From: Monocercomonoides exilis PA203
Taxonomy: Eukaryota; Protista; Preaxostyla
Assembly (NCBI GenBank): GCA_001643675.2
Contig: LSRY02000032.1
Span: 248,001-312,000 of the forward strand
Direction of reading: 5' to 3'
Length of the DNA: 64,000 nucleotides
Shown here piece by piece: positions 14,668-26,299 of the stretch. How positions within the stretch are numbered: position 1 is the stretch's first letter; each line of letters begins with the position of its first letter. Both the position numbers and the translations under genes were made by a program. The notes under the pieces were generated by a model. That model was given only the letters and a program-made list of their open reading frames with translations. It searched no databases and was not told where the DNA came from.

Positions 14668-15483
14668 AGATCAATTGACTTTCCTCTATTTATAATTTTA
14701 TTTTATTTTATTCTTAATAATGTTATTTTATTTTGAACTAATTGTTTTTATTTAATTGTTTTCCTATCAATTTATTGAATTTCCTGCGTTTCTGTGTTTG
14801 CTTTAGCTGAATATCTTGAAAAGCAATGAGCTGACTTATCTTCGGATCGTCCAGCAGCAGTCGCTGTTTGTATCTCCAATCACCGTTTCTCCCTCTGCTC
14901 TCAAATCCATTTCACAGCACCACTCACCACATCCACCACAATCACCACATAACTCACAATCACCTTCGCCTTCACTTACACAGTCATCGTCTTTAAATCC
15001 TTCTTCTTCTTCTTCTTCTTCAAATTCTCTTTCACTTTCACTGCCTCCTGCTCCTCTTCAGCAAAGCACTTCACTTCCTTCGCCATATTCACTTCAAGCA
15101 AAACTGTTTTCTACGCTTTCACTTCCAGAATTTGTGTGCATCAGCACCAAATGGCACAAGAAATGGAAGCATTACATGAGAAAAGGTTTGTAAATATTCT
15201 ATCTTTTTGTGTTTTATTTTTTATTCAAACAAATATCTTTCATATATTTTGCGATTGTTTATTTATTTCGTTTCGTTTTTGAATAGATTCCACATCACCT
15301 GCTCCAGGGCCGATAGACAACACTTCACTTCTGCCAAAGTCAGGCCAATTGGCAAAGCCTCTTTCGACTCCCAAGCATTTCCGCATCATCCACCGCGCTG
15401 TTTGGAACGTGCTTGTTACCATTTATGGAGGAGGGCCTGTTGTTGATGTTTCTATGCTCCTTCCACAAATGCAGAAAGCTTAA
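8838..15483 (+). CDS. Ubiquitin-specific protease (peptidase C19), USP20/USP33-like with two C-terminal DUSP domains; 8 exons
   Basis: Cys box GLTNFGNTCFLSAAVQALSHC (~9125-9190), Q.DCQELL, CLRC/CQHC zinc finger, His box HDGNHENGHY...WFFFND. DUSP-like motifs WMNR..PGPFNN..LCPHG..FGGGP and W.KW..PGPIDN..VW..L..IYGGGP. Predicted exons 8838-8877, 9010-11285, 11511-12203, 12385-12496, 12709-14324, 14454-14573, 14807-15185, 15287-15483, all GT-AG and frame-consistent. Confidence 0.9.
14581..14662 (+). repeat. (CT)~41 microsatellite at the 5' end of a USP intron
   Basis: Perfect dinucleotide run a few bases after the GTTTGT donor. Confidence 0.98.
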
Positions 15484-16092
15484 ACTTTGTTCACTTGTTT
15501 ATTTATTAATTTGTTTATTAATTTCTTATTTGGAGTTGGATTTATTTTATTTTTTTATTTCATATTTTGAAAGTTACGCTTCAAAGTTGCTTGCAGATTT
15601 GTTGCAATTGATATTAATTGCTGAAGCAAAGCAAGAGTAACAAAAAATGTATGCAACATTGTGGTCTAATTGATGCTAACTGTGTTTCATTTAGAAAATG
15701 AAAAAAATAATAAAAAGAATAATGAAGATATTTTGAAAAACACTAAAAATAAAGTGCAAGCGAAAAAGTTTGCAACTTCAGAGGAAAAACGATAAGTCAT
15801 CAATCAAATAATCAAAAATAAAGCAATTGTGGAAATAAATAGCAATCAGAACTAAAAAATAGTAACATGATAATATTGAAATATGATTCAAAATAAAAAT
15901 AATAAATTTTGGATAGTGCAACTGAAACGGAAGGTGTGATGTGCAAACACAATTGGATTGAATAAATGAAACAAACAGGGTTTTTTCTTTTCTTTTCTTT
16001 TTTCAAACAATTTTGTAATAACAATCATAACAACAAACATAATATATGTGGGTGAAGATAACTAATACAAAGCAAATGCTTCATGCTTTCTT

Positions 16093-19000
16093 TTAAACTT
16101 GAGAGTTGCCGTTCTTTGCAATAATCCTCTGGGCTGCTAAGTGCACTGTTGATGGCTGATGCACCAATGATGGACGCTGCTGATGTACATTGGGCATCAT
16201 TGGACCAGTATTGCGCTGCGGAACAATTGCAGGGCCCATAGCATTGCCACCTTGTGAAAAAGATGAGGAAGAGGAAGAAGAGGAAGATGATGATGATAAG
16301 GAGGAGGAGGAAGATGATGATGAGGCAGATGCCGAAGACTGCTGATTGTCTGGCCGCATCTTCACACTTTGCATTGCTCCTTTCCCTTGCCTCTGCTGCG
16401 CCATTTGGATTCCGCGCATTTGCGCCTGTTGGTTCTGCCGATGGATCTCCATCATTTCTCTCGCAAGCGCCTCTGGCGATATCTGCATCCCGTTCCCTGA
16501 GCCGTATCCTCCTCTCCTCTTCTTCTTCCGCTTCAGCTGCTCCAAAAGCGCCTCTTTCTCCTTTCGTGTGGCGCAATGGCACGAAAGAAGGCAGGTGCCA
16601 AACAGCAGCGCAACAAAGCCGAGAACGCCTGTTAAGATGTACAGGGTGTATTGAACGTAGACGCCGAGAACAAGAGACGAGTCGAAGGAATACAGAAATA
16701 TTACTCCTTTCGAATTGGACCATGTTGAGCCATCGTTTGCAACTGACACACGAACTTTGCCCGTGGTTTCTTTTATTTTGTTCATTTGGTTTTTTTAATA
16801 TGAAATAAAACAATATTAACAGTATTTGAAAAATTGAAAAAGAAATTTTTAAAAAAATGTCGAGTTTAGAATAACAGAATTATATCAATTAACAAAAAAT
16901 ATAAATGAGCAAACCTTGGACGAATGACTGGTCTATGTAGCATATAATATCTGTTTCACTTAAAGCGTCTGCAGAATAATAGCGAGCCATAACACTCGAA
17001 GCAGTTGTTTGGTTCTCATTCTCATTCTTCTTTTTCTCCTTTCCGAATTGATCGCCATCTTCCACATCTCCATTCGCAGTTGAAGTGTTAGACATCTGGG
17101 CAGAATTCACATAAATCGCAGAAGCGTCTTCCAATCGGCACGTGACATTAAAGTCGTAGAATCCAATCCCTTTCACAACAACATACGGCTTTTCTCCTTT
17201 CTTCAGCGCGGGCTGTGCCGACACATCCGACACATTCGCAGTTGGAAGCGAGGATGGATTCTGGATGTACTCCACGTCTGAAACGAGTGATGTGATGGTG
17301 CACTGATCTTCGTGAAAGCCAATCCATGCTGGTCTTTTGCCGTTTTCTGTGATGTCCATATCGTTGTTACCGAAGTCTGTGCCGTCTGCAGATATCTCGC
17401 CATACCCAGAGCAGTTAACGTTCATTCGCATCGTGGGGAAAGCAGAAGCATGGTACTTGTTCAGTTCCATCATACAGCCGTTCAATGAAATGCTTCCACG
17501 CTGCATTTGGATGCCCCCTACTTCAGAGTGGCTGATCCTCACGTTCTGCAGTGAGGTGACTGCGTTGCTCAGAGAAACAAGCCCGTGAAGCGTGCTGCGG
17601 CTGTACGGACTGATTGTCGCTGCGCTTGGCGTCTGTGGTGTGGGATCTGCGCTTGGCGGTGGAAACGGGGTAGGATTAAGATCAGAAGGAAAAGACGCGC
17701 CAGTATTAGACTGGTGATGATTAAATTCTGCTGAGTTAGTTATTGCATTGCTTAGAGATGATCTTGTTGATTGAGAAGTGCTGGGCATTATAGGAGCAGC
17801 AAACGACAAGCCGCTTTTTCCAACAATCTGAGTGTTTTCAATGCTAATAGCTAAGTCAGATGCAATAATAAGACAGCCACTGTCGCTTTCTCCAACGAAT
17901 CTGCAGTTGGAAACATTCAAATTGATGCCTTTCGCGAACAGTCCATCGCCAACACTTGCCACACAGCCAAAGAACACGCAATTGTCGAGTAAGCATTGAA
18001 CATCTGCATTTCGCGTTTTCAAACGAGATGCAGCGTTTGAAGGAGATTCAACCGTTGCAGTTTCGATGAATACAGCTCCCCCGTGAGAAGAAGCTTTAAC
18101 CTCGTCTTCACGATTTTCCAAGTAAGAGTCCCTTGAAGTTGTGTACTCATTCAGCACGCCAACAGCAGCGCATCGAAGAAACAAGCAATTACTTAAGTCG
18201 AGTTTAGCTGCTGCACTCTGTTGTGTTGAGGCAGAATGAACGATCGAAGCTCTGATTGCGCCTCCCTGTGCAGATATACAGTCGCAAAATGAACACTTAT
18301 TTATTGTGACAATTGTATGTGTTGCGATAATCCGTATCAAATAGCCAAAGTTAAAATTTGTTGAAATAAACGTATTGAGATTGTAAAACGTGCATTCACT
18401 TATGCTAAATGTATTCTGGCTATTTGCACGGCTCGACAAGAAAGTTGCAGTTGACGTCTTGTCTGATATAAGTATAAATCCTTCGGAGTTTGTTGTTAAT
18501 TCACTAAATTTGCAATTGCTTATCGATGAATGGGTACCATTAACATTTTCAATTCCTTCAAGACGAAGCAAAGGCATTTGCATATTATTGATTTTATTAA
18601 ATATCATTGACGAAAGTAAGCAGCATCCAGATGATCTTATAACGGAATCTACGCTTTGTGGGTTCGATAATAAAGAATAGTATTGCTGTTGATTTGTTAG
18701 AATTGTTTTCGAATTTGTTCCTGAAGTTAAAAATTGCACATCAATATCATTCACATATAATATTGATCCTTGTTCATTAGATGCAAGTGCAGACGTGTTT
18801 ACAGCTGTTGAAAGAAGTAAATATCGAAATGATTTTAATGATAATGTTCCTCCTTCCGCTCGAAAAAGAGCAATTGGATATGACTCTGAAACTACTTTGC
18901 GCTTCACAAATGTGCTCTCTTTTGCAGCGCCAACAACTTCCAATGTTTTTAGCTGAACCCCACTTCCTCCAACAATCATGCAATTCATAAATGAGTGCTC

Positions 19001-19324
19001 TCCAGCTGACAAAAGAAGGCGAACATCAACTAAAGTATTGTCAATAGGAAGTTCACGGCATGGTTGTTCTGCTGTTCCAGGACAGTTAAGACTATCATCT
19101 CCGTCTGGAGAAATGTATAATGTTTTCGTAGCATCATTAAGCAAAGCATTTAATTCTTCAGCTTGAATCATATCCTTCAATTCTTTCTTCCCAAATATAA
19201 GATCCATATTAATAGACTCTGTCTTCTCTTCTTTTGCATACGGATGGCTTCCTTCTTCATGACAAAAAACAGGAACTGATGTGCATTGAATTATTGTCAA
19301 AAAGAAAAAATATAAAAAAATCAT
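16093..19324 (-). CDS. Type-I membrane protein: signal peptide, pectin-lyase-like beta-helix repeats, IPT/TIG-like domain, TM, Gln/Ser-rich tail; 2 exons
   Basis: Signal MIFLYFFFLTIIQC; LYISPDGDDS..C.GT.EQPC cap; GGAI/GGAV repeats; VVVKGIGF..VTCR...SETDIICY...GKVRVSVANDG.TWS (IPT/TIG-like); TM LYILTGVLGFVALLFGTCLL. Exons 19324-16915 and 16769-16093, intron 16914-16770 (GT...AAG). Confidence 0.8.
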
Positions 19325-19786
19325 GTGATTGATTAATGTAATTATGGAACAGAAAATTTATTCTTTTCATTGAGAAATGTTTTCTTCTCATTTTTGACAT
19401 AATTTAAAGAATAAATAAGTTCTTTAATTTTTGTTCTAGAATTCAAATTGTTTCATAAATATATTCACCACAAATTAAACAAAGTCGAAAATTTTTCATT
19501 CAACGTTGAAAATGTTCATTCAAAGTCAGGGAAAAAAAATATTTCGATTTCGGAATTAATAAGTCAAAATCGATAATTAATATTTCAATTTCGAAATTCA
19601 TTTTTAACTGAAATTTTTTATTTATCAAAAGGATGGATTTCAGAAAATTTTTAGTTATTTTTTTAGCCAATCAAAAATAGAAACTCAAAGAAAACTTTTT
19701 TATTTCATTAAAATGCGAAGCCAATTAATTCTTAAGAACAGTCGTTGAACTTCAACACCTCCTTATATTGGGAGTGAGTGCCATAT

Positions 19787-20042
19787 GGGTGATTATTTTT
19801 GAATTCATGTTTTTTCATTCTAAAATTTCGGTTCGAAAATTTTTATTGAATACTGACAAAAAAACACTAAGAAATGAAAACACAAATTAAAGATATCTTC
19901 TTCTTTATTTCATCTTAAACATTAGTTTTTGAAATGGTTTTGATGAAATTTATCATGAAAATATAAATTCTCTATTCTATGACAAACAACCTTTGAAAAA
20001 TCAACACCCCGAAAAAAGTTATGATTACAAAAATAATCACCC
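19787..20042. mobile_element. 256-bp MITE (GGGTGATTATTTTTG TIR, ATAT TSD) nested just inside the DIRS left end
   Basis: atat|gggtgattatttttg ... caaaaataatcaccc|atat; a 255-bp element with the same TIR lies at 60208-60462. Confidence 0.9.
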
Positions 20043-20072
20043 ATATTAAGGGCTCAGTCGTTCAACAGGTCA

Positions 20073-21050
20073 ATGGAAATAGAAGCTACAAATTTTGGAA
20101 CCGCGTCTGAACCAAACAGTATTTTCTCTGCAGGCGTACCAACGGGCGGCTTGGATCTATCTCAATCCAACTCCGCAAGTAGCTTAACATCTCCCATCTC
20201 ACAGGCTCAATCAAGCCAAAGTCACATCGGGCCACAGGTTATTCCGTCAGCCAACAAACTTGCAACTTTATCGACGGAACTTATCGGTGAAGCTGTGTCT
20301 GCTCCTATTCTTAATTTTCAGCTTGATCACGCAGACGTTCAGGAAACCAGGAATGCATATGTCAAAATTTTTTTGAAAAGTTCCATTTGTTCAATTTTCT
20401 AAAAACCAAAAATTTCATATTTCTTTCAAATTTCTGTTTTTACTCACGAAATTACACCCAAACGGATAAAATAACTTTGACAAGGATTTATTTCAATGAC
20501 AGAAAAATTTTGTGAGTGAAAACAGAAATTTGATAGAAATACGTAATTTTTAGTTTTTTGAAAATTGAACAAATGGAACTTTTCAAAAAAATTTTGACAC
20601 ATGAATCTTTATCATTTGCCACATTCATCCCATCTCAAACGCATGTCCATTCAAGATCTTCAAATTGAATAAAGGATGCATTGGATTCAAGCGGTTGGAG
20701 AGTGGAACAATATTTATGCCCTGCTCTGAAGGCGCTGATTTCACTACACGGTGAGGGAGCTTCACAACGTGATAGACTTGCTGATGCTGTGCTTATGATC
20801 ATTGCTGCGTTGCAAGAGTCAAGATATTCCTGCATTTAGGCTAAATATGGGTTCAAAGCAGCCCGCGTTCTGAAGGACGACTCAGAAGATCCTCTGATTA
20901 CTAGTGACAAACTGGAAATTATCAAGCCTATTCTAGAAGCCAAACATTCATCACCAAAACCACAACCAAATAGAAGAATTAAAATAACAAGGTTTTTTCG
21001 CGTACATGCCCGCAGCACTGGGCCTCGACAAGGAACATTTTCCAAGAAAG
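20073..21050 (+). pseudogene. DIRS gag-like ORF remnant, interrupted by a MITE
   Basis: Lies upstream of pol; the ORF from 20073 is broken by the 20360-20599 insertion and by stops. Assignment is positional only. Confidence 0.5.
20360..20599. mobile_element. 240-bp foldback MITE with TGT...ACA ends (Ginger-like) nested in DIRS gag
   Basis: 40-bp perfect TIR tgtcaaaatttttttgaaaagttccatttgttcaattttc, extending imperfectly to ~95 bp; flanks CATA/CATG (4-bp TSD with one mismatch). Confidence 0.85.
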
Positions 21051-21051
21051 C

Positions 21052-22764
21052 TTGGGGAAAGAAGCCACAGTGGGCGGAAGAACTCGATTGTTCTTTGCGG
21101 AGTGGAAGAAAATCGGGGTCACAAATGCAATATCGGAAGGAATATGCCCGGTGTGGAAGGGAAATCAGGCAAAGGACAGACTTATGAGAGAAGTTCAAAT
21201 GAACAAGGGCTTTTTCGGAGGACCGAAGGAGGAGTCAGCCTGTTCCGCTGGATAAAATAAAGTTAAGCAACAGATGTCATATTAAAAAATGACAGGAAGA
21301 ATGTTCGTTGCCTGAGCAATATATTTTTCACACCAAACAAAGATGGAAACTTCAGAGAAATACTAGATTGCCGCCCATTAAATGAAGCTGTGAAGAACAT
21401 CCATTTCAAAATGGAAGACCACCGGACAGCAGAAAGATTATAAGAGCACAGCGATTTCGCCACAACCTTAGATTTATCCCAAGCATACTTCCTCGTCCCA
21501 GTTCACGATTCGTTCGTTCCGTTTCTCGCCTTTTCCTTTCACGAAGAAACATTCGCTTTTCGCGGAATGCCCTTCGGGTACAAAAATGCTCCACGAATCT
21601 TCACGCGACTGATGAGAAAGGTATTGCAACGCATCAGGGATCAATGGGACGTAAAATGCATGGCATACTTGGACGGCATTATCTTTATCCATCAAGATCC
21701 TATTTATCTTACAGAAGTGACAAACAAGGTGACAAAATGGTTTGCAGAGCTTGAACAAATTGTCAATGTGGAAAAGAGTAGTGTAGCTCCGAAACAAACA
21801 TTCAACTTCTTGGGATGGACTTGGAGAACAACAAAGATGATCGTTGCATTGGAAAGGAACAGATGGAAGGCATTGAGCAAGGAGTGCAAGCGGTGGATGA
21901 TAAGGGCAAAGATTGGAGCGACAGTGAAAACAAAAGACTATGCCTCATTCATCGATTCAATTGATGCAGTGCGATTTGTTTGCAAAGACGAAGGGCTTCA
22001 TATGAACATATTATACGCTCTGCAAAACAGAATCGTTCGAAAAAAAGGATGGAATGGAGAATTTGCAATGAATAACAGAGTTGTCAAGCAAATCTCATAC
22101 TGGGAATCGCGCTTGAAGAAGGAAGAAAGAAGAGATTTGGAAATTTTCTCAGCACCAGATGCGATATTAACAACAGATGCAGCTCCTCGGGCTTGTGGCG
22201 CAATCTTGGATGTCAACGGAACATGTTACCATTATCATCACCCTTTCAATCGAAAATTCATTTCGCAAAGTTCAAATTTCAAAGAAACACTTGCAGTTCT
22301 TCTTTCTTTTAATCACTTCGAGCCCTATTTTAAGAAATACAGGATGAAGAACCAGCTCCTAAGATCAGACAACTCAAGCGTTGTCTTCAACATAAACCGC
22401 TGGGCTGCAGGAAGAAACAAAATCTGCATTATAAGAAAGATCAGACGAGAAACTCTCCAGAAGGGGATCAAAGTGAAAGCGATTCACCTTCCAGGCATTC
22501 TGAAGAGTGCAGCAGATTCATTATCAAGATTGGAAAGATCAGGAGACTACCAGATCACACGGAAGGGAATGGAGGAGGTTCAGAAGTAGTTGAATGTCAA
22601 AATATAGCAAGAGGCATTCGCAAGTCTCGTGAACAACAAAGAAAAAATATAGCTAGGACCAGGAAGTCCCTTCTCAAAGGACGGATTGGCCGTAAGTTGG
22701 AAATACGCAGTGACTCTAGTGAATCCCCCTGTTCCGCTTATCCTTCCAAGTCTGAGAAAGATTT

Positions 22765-22847
<83 letters not shown>

Positions 22848-22930
22848 AAAAGCAGTTATTCTAATTACAGTCTGGAGAGATCAAAGCCGGACACCTCTGT
22901 TGAAAAGAATAATGACACGCTTCGTTTGTT
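21052..22930 (+). pseudogene. DIRS pol: reverse transcriptase, RNase H and methyltransferase-like remnant
   Basis: VGGR..F..W start; FFTPNKDGNFREILDCRPLN..FKMED; TTLDLSQAYF.VPV; MPFGYKNAPRIFTR; AYLDG (degenerate YLDD); FNFLG; RNase H TDAA..SSNFKE..RSDNSSVV..HLPG..ADSLSR; MT-like EAFAS..DGLAVSW..NPPVPLI. In-frame stops, e.g. TAA at 21441. Confidence 0.9.
22767..22846 (+). repeat. (AG)40 microsatellite expanded inside the DIRS methyltransferase-like region
   Basis: Perfect AG run between ...LRKI and AKAVILI... coding remnants. Confidence 0.98.
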
Positions 22931-23049
22931 GGAAGAATTCGCAAACCATTCTTCAACCAGGACCAGGCTTAAAGAGAACAGTAGCATCTCTTCAACCGGG
23001 AGGTTACATTGCGGGGAGACTAAATTGGTGATGGAAATTGGGGAGGAAT

Positions 23050-24239
23050 AGGGGACGCTGGGATTAAGAAGGTTCAATGTTTCTGATCTCATTATCTCTG
23101 ATTCTCGTTACAGTGTTGCTTCTACAACTTGGTCCTCATGCACGTTCGGCTTTGTGCATTTCTCACAGGCGTTAGAAGAAGAGGGATACAAAGACTTTCC
23201 GAAGGAATTCAGTGATTGGTCCCAGATCTGTGCTAACATTTTTATAAAGTTGAGAGATAAAGGTTTGCCTCACACATGCCTATGCACCACGAGATCTACG
23301 TTCTCGCTTTTTCCCAGAATCAGTTACAAAGAAAACCTGGGACAAGTCACGTTGATAGAGACATTATTCCGCTCTTTTCATCGATCTCGCATCCCAAGGA
23401 AACCTTTCTCATCCATGTGGTCTCCTTCAATTGTATTTGACTATGATAATCGCATGCCTTTAAATGAGAAATTATCTTTCTTCGATCTGACCGTTAAATG
23501 CATAATCTTGTTAATCATTTTCACAGCATGTCGCTTCCGCGAGATGGAAAGAATATCGATGAACCAATCCGTTATACAAGAGGACTCCATCCATCTATTC
23601 ACAAATTTGAAAACGACTCTCACACCCTCATAAATAACTGTTCCAATTTTGAATAGTGCTGACGAAAAGGTTTGCCCAGGAAGAGCCGTTAAGACGCTTT
23701 ACTGGAGAGTTAGGATAACTCATGAAAATAGAGACACATTTTTACTCAATACGGTGCATCATACTCCGCTTAAGACAGAAGGAATACATAAGTTAGCCCG
23801 CCTTGGAATAACTCAGATTGAAATTCCAGATGAATATCGACCTAACACACTCAAACATGCAGCAATTTCAGCACTGTTGTCCAAAGAAGTGCCAGAAGCA
23901 ATGGTGGTGAGGCACGCGCGAATGTCCCCAAACTCACACACTCCAACTGGTTCGTTCTTCAAAGCAAATTTAGCTTCAAGGATCATAGATACTTTATTGT
24001 CAACGTGCGACAACAGGAAGCTTCAAAGCCAACTGTGCTCGCAGGACAGAAAAGATTATGCTCAATCAGCAGAAACTTCATCATCAAATTTTCCAAAGGC
24101 CTCTGAAGGAGAAACAATATTCCCCAACAAGGTTGAAGAACCAGGAGAAGAAAATTGTGATAAAGAGGGTAATTTTGTGGAAAGAAATCGTGAAGGAGCG
24201 GCTGCAATTCTGGAAACTATAATTGGAGTCGGAGCTTAA
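23050..24239 (+). pseudogene. DIRS tyrosine recombinase (integrase) remnant
   Basis: W....V.DY; L..K...LL...TACRFREM; VCPGRAVK; NTLKHAAIS (decayed HxxR); no catalytic Tyr seen; stop at 23631. Confidence 0.82.
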
Positions 24240-24414
24240 TATGCAAGAAGGAAATCCCAACTATCTTACTCCCAAAATAAGGATGTTTTGAAGTTCTAAA
24301 TTGTTCTCGGCGAATTGAAACAATTAACAAAACAATTTTTAGAAAGTTTTTTCATTTTCAAATATCATCACTGTAATGATAAAAATAAAAAAAATATTTC
24401 ACACTTTTGAATAT

Positions 24415-24654
24415 AAGTAATTCTTTTTGAAAAGTCGCAAATGTTAAATTTTCAAATAAATTAAAAATTTCATATATTGATCAAATTTCGGTTCCCGCTT
24501 ATGCAACTTTACAGGAATGTGTTAAGCAGCATTGTCAAATTATATATTCTACTTTCATGAAGTAGCATGAGAGGAAAAAGAAGTTTAAGCTAAATATGTA
24601 ATTATTGGTATATTTGAAAATTAATCATTTGCGACTTTTCAAAAAGAATAACCC
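24415..24654. mobile_element. 240-bp MITE of the TTCTTTTTGAAAAGTCGC TIR family, ATAT TSD
   Basis: atat|aagtaattctttttgaaaagtcgcaaatg ... catttgcgacttttcaaaaagaataaccc|atat; the left terminal GGG has decayed. Confidence 0.82.
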
Positions 24655-25439
24655 ATATCGTAATGGAAATAGCGAATTTTCAATCTCATCTTTTGAATAA
24701 CAAAAGACGAGAATTTTTTTCCAAACAATTTTTTTGTTTCTTTTGTAATATTAAGATAAACATCAATTTCTAATATGAAAATGATTTTTTTTCTTTTCGA
24801 ATTTACAAAAAACAAAAATATTATTCTAAAAATTTATTTTTATGAAAATTCATAATAATTCAAATATTGGAAAACAAAGTGGGTCATTCTTTTTGAAAAG
24901 TCGCTGTGGATCAAAAATTTGTCCCATGAAAGTTATTTCAAAAACACTCCGTTTCCATTATTCAAATGATTATAACGAATTTTCACAGTGATGTTTGTTG
25001 GTTCATAACAAACTTCTTTTTGATAAGAAATACGTTTTCATAAAAAATTATATATCAGATTTTTTGATCAAAATTATAATATCAGTTTTTCAATGAAATA
25101 GTGTTTCGCTTGATTGAACCACTTTGCGATTGCTAATAAATACAATAAGCAAGACATGTATCGATTATTTTTCCTGATAAACTTGATTTTCAATGTTAAT
25201 TCGACTTTTCATTTGAATAGAATTTTTCATTTGCATTATGCACATAAACTTGACATAAATGCAAAAACTGAACACACATATTCGATGCATCTGAAATTAT
25301 GATAAATTTAGTGCTTTTCATTTTATTTTAACAAATATATTTTTTTTATTAATTTATTATTCAATCATGTTTTTTGAATTGAATAGTCAACAGTTGATAG
25401 CCAACAATTGTCTTTTCTATAACAACACAAATAAAGATC

Positions 25440-26100
25440 AGAATTTGGGAGCAATATCAGGATGTTGAAGTGTAAGTTCAGAGAATGGAGGATCGATGAT
25501 GCTGTGTATTGGGAATGAAAATGAAGTGAAAGTGAAAGGTGGATCTTTTGATGGGTGCTATTGCTCTGCATCCGATGGTCTTGGAGGAGGAATCTTTCTT
25601 AGATTGCTGAGTGAAAATCCCAATTTTCTGATTTCTTCTTCCTTTGGCACAAACACTGCTAAATGGGGAAGGGACATCTTCGTCATTTTACCCAATCTGG
25701 AAGAAACTGCAAAATCAGAGAAAATCACATGTGTGACAGCCTCTTTGGATTCTTTTGACAAGGTTCGAGGATATGACAATGGAAACAACAGTGTGGCCAT
25801 TCCTCTGTGCATCTATCTCCTCCCCACTCCAGAAGAAATTCATGTGAGCAACACCGAGGCATCTGACCATTCTCATTGTGGAATTGTCCAATTCACTTGT
25901 TTGACAATGAAGCATTCCATCAAACGTCAAACTGGAACAAAGAAAGTTGTTGTGAATGGAATGATTTTGATGAGCAATGAATTGGAATTTGCTGGATAGA
26001 AGCATGAAATCCGAGGAAATGATGAAATCAGTGGATGGACGGTCTCTGTTTCAAGTTCAACAATCAATTCAGCAATGATAACAACAAGAATTTAAACGGA
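25440..26100 (+). pseudogene. Captured ectodomain fragment of the surface-receptor family
   Basis: FDGC.CSASDGLGGGIFL..FGTNTAKWGRDIFV...IPLCIYL..IHVSN..SDHSHCG..F.CLT, the same repeat unit as in the receptor genes; in-frame TAG at 25997. Confidence 0.8.
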
Positions 26101-26299
26101 ATAATCAAAACTCATCTTCTTTCTTTCATCTTCCCTTCCTCTTCACTCCATTTTCAATGTCTCTTCATCATCATCTCTTCTTCCTCCTCATCCTGCTTCT
26201 CTTCTTCTTCTATTCCAAACACAAAAATATGCACATTGATCTGATAGCGAAACTTCAATACACTTGCATCCCTTTCACCATTGTTATCTCATGCATTTG

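Larger units (their letters stand above)
19727..24316 (+). mobile_element. Degenerate DIRS-like tyrosine-recombinase retrotransposon
   Basis: Order gag-like, RT, RNase H, methyltransferase-like, YR. Imperfect ~50-bp inverted termini at 19727-19778 and 24265-24316 (ct[c/t]actcccaa[t/a]ataagga.gt.ttgaagttc...tgttct...gaatt). Several stops and frameshifts. Confidence 0.9.

Noticed and set aside
14450-14678. (RE)n/(SL)n ORFs, also at 22580-22849
   Set aside because: Artefacts of CT/AG microsatellites.
21052-22589. Diversity-generating retroelement or retron RT acting on the receptors
   Set aside because: The RT has RNase H, MT-like and YR partners typical of DIRS, is inactivated, and no adenine-specific TR/VR pair was seen.
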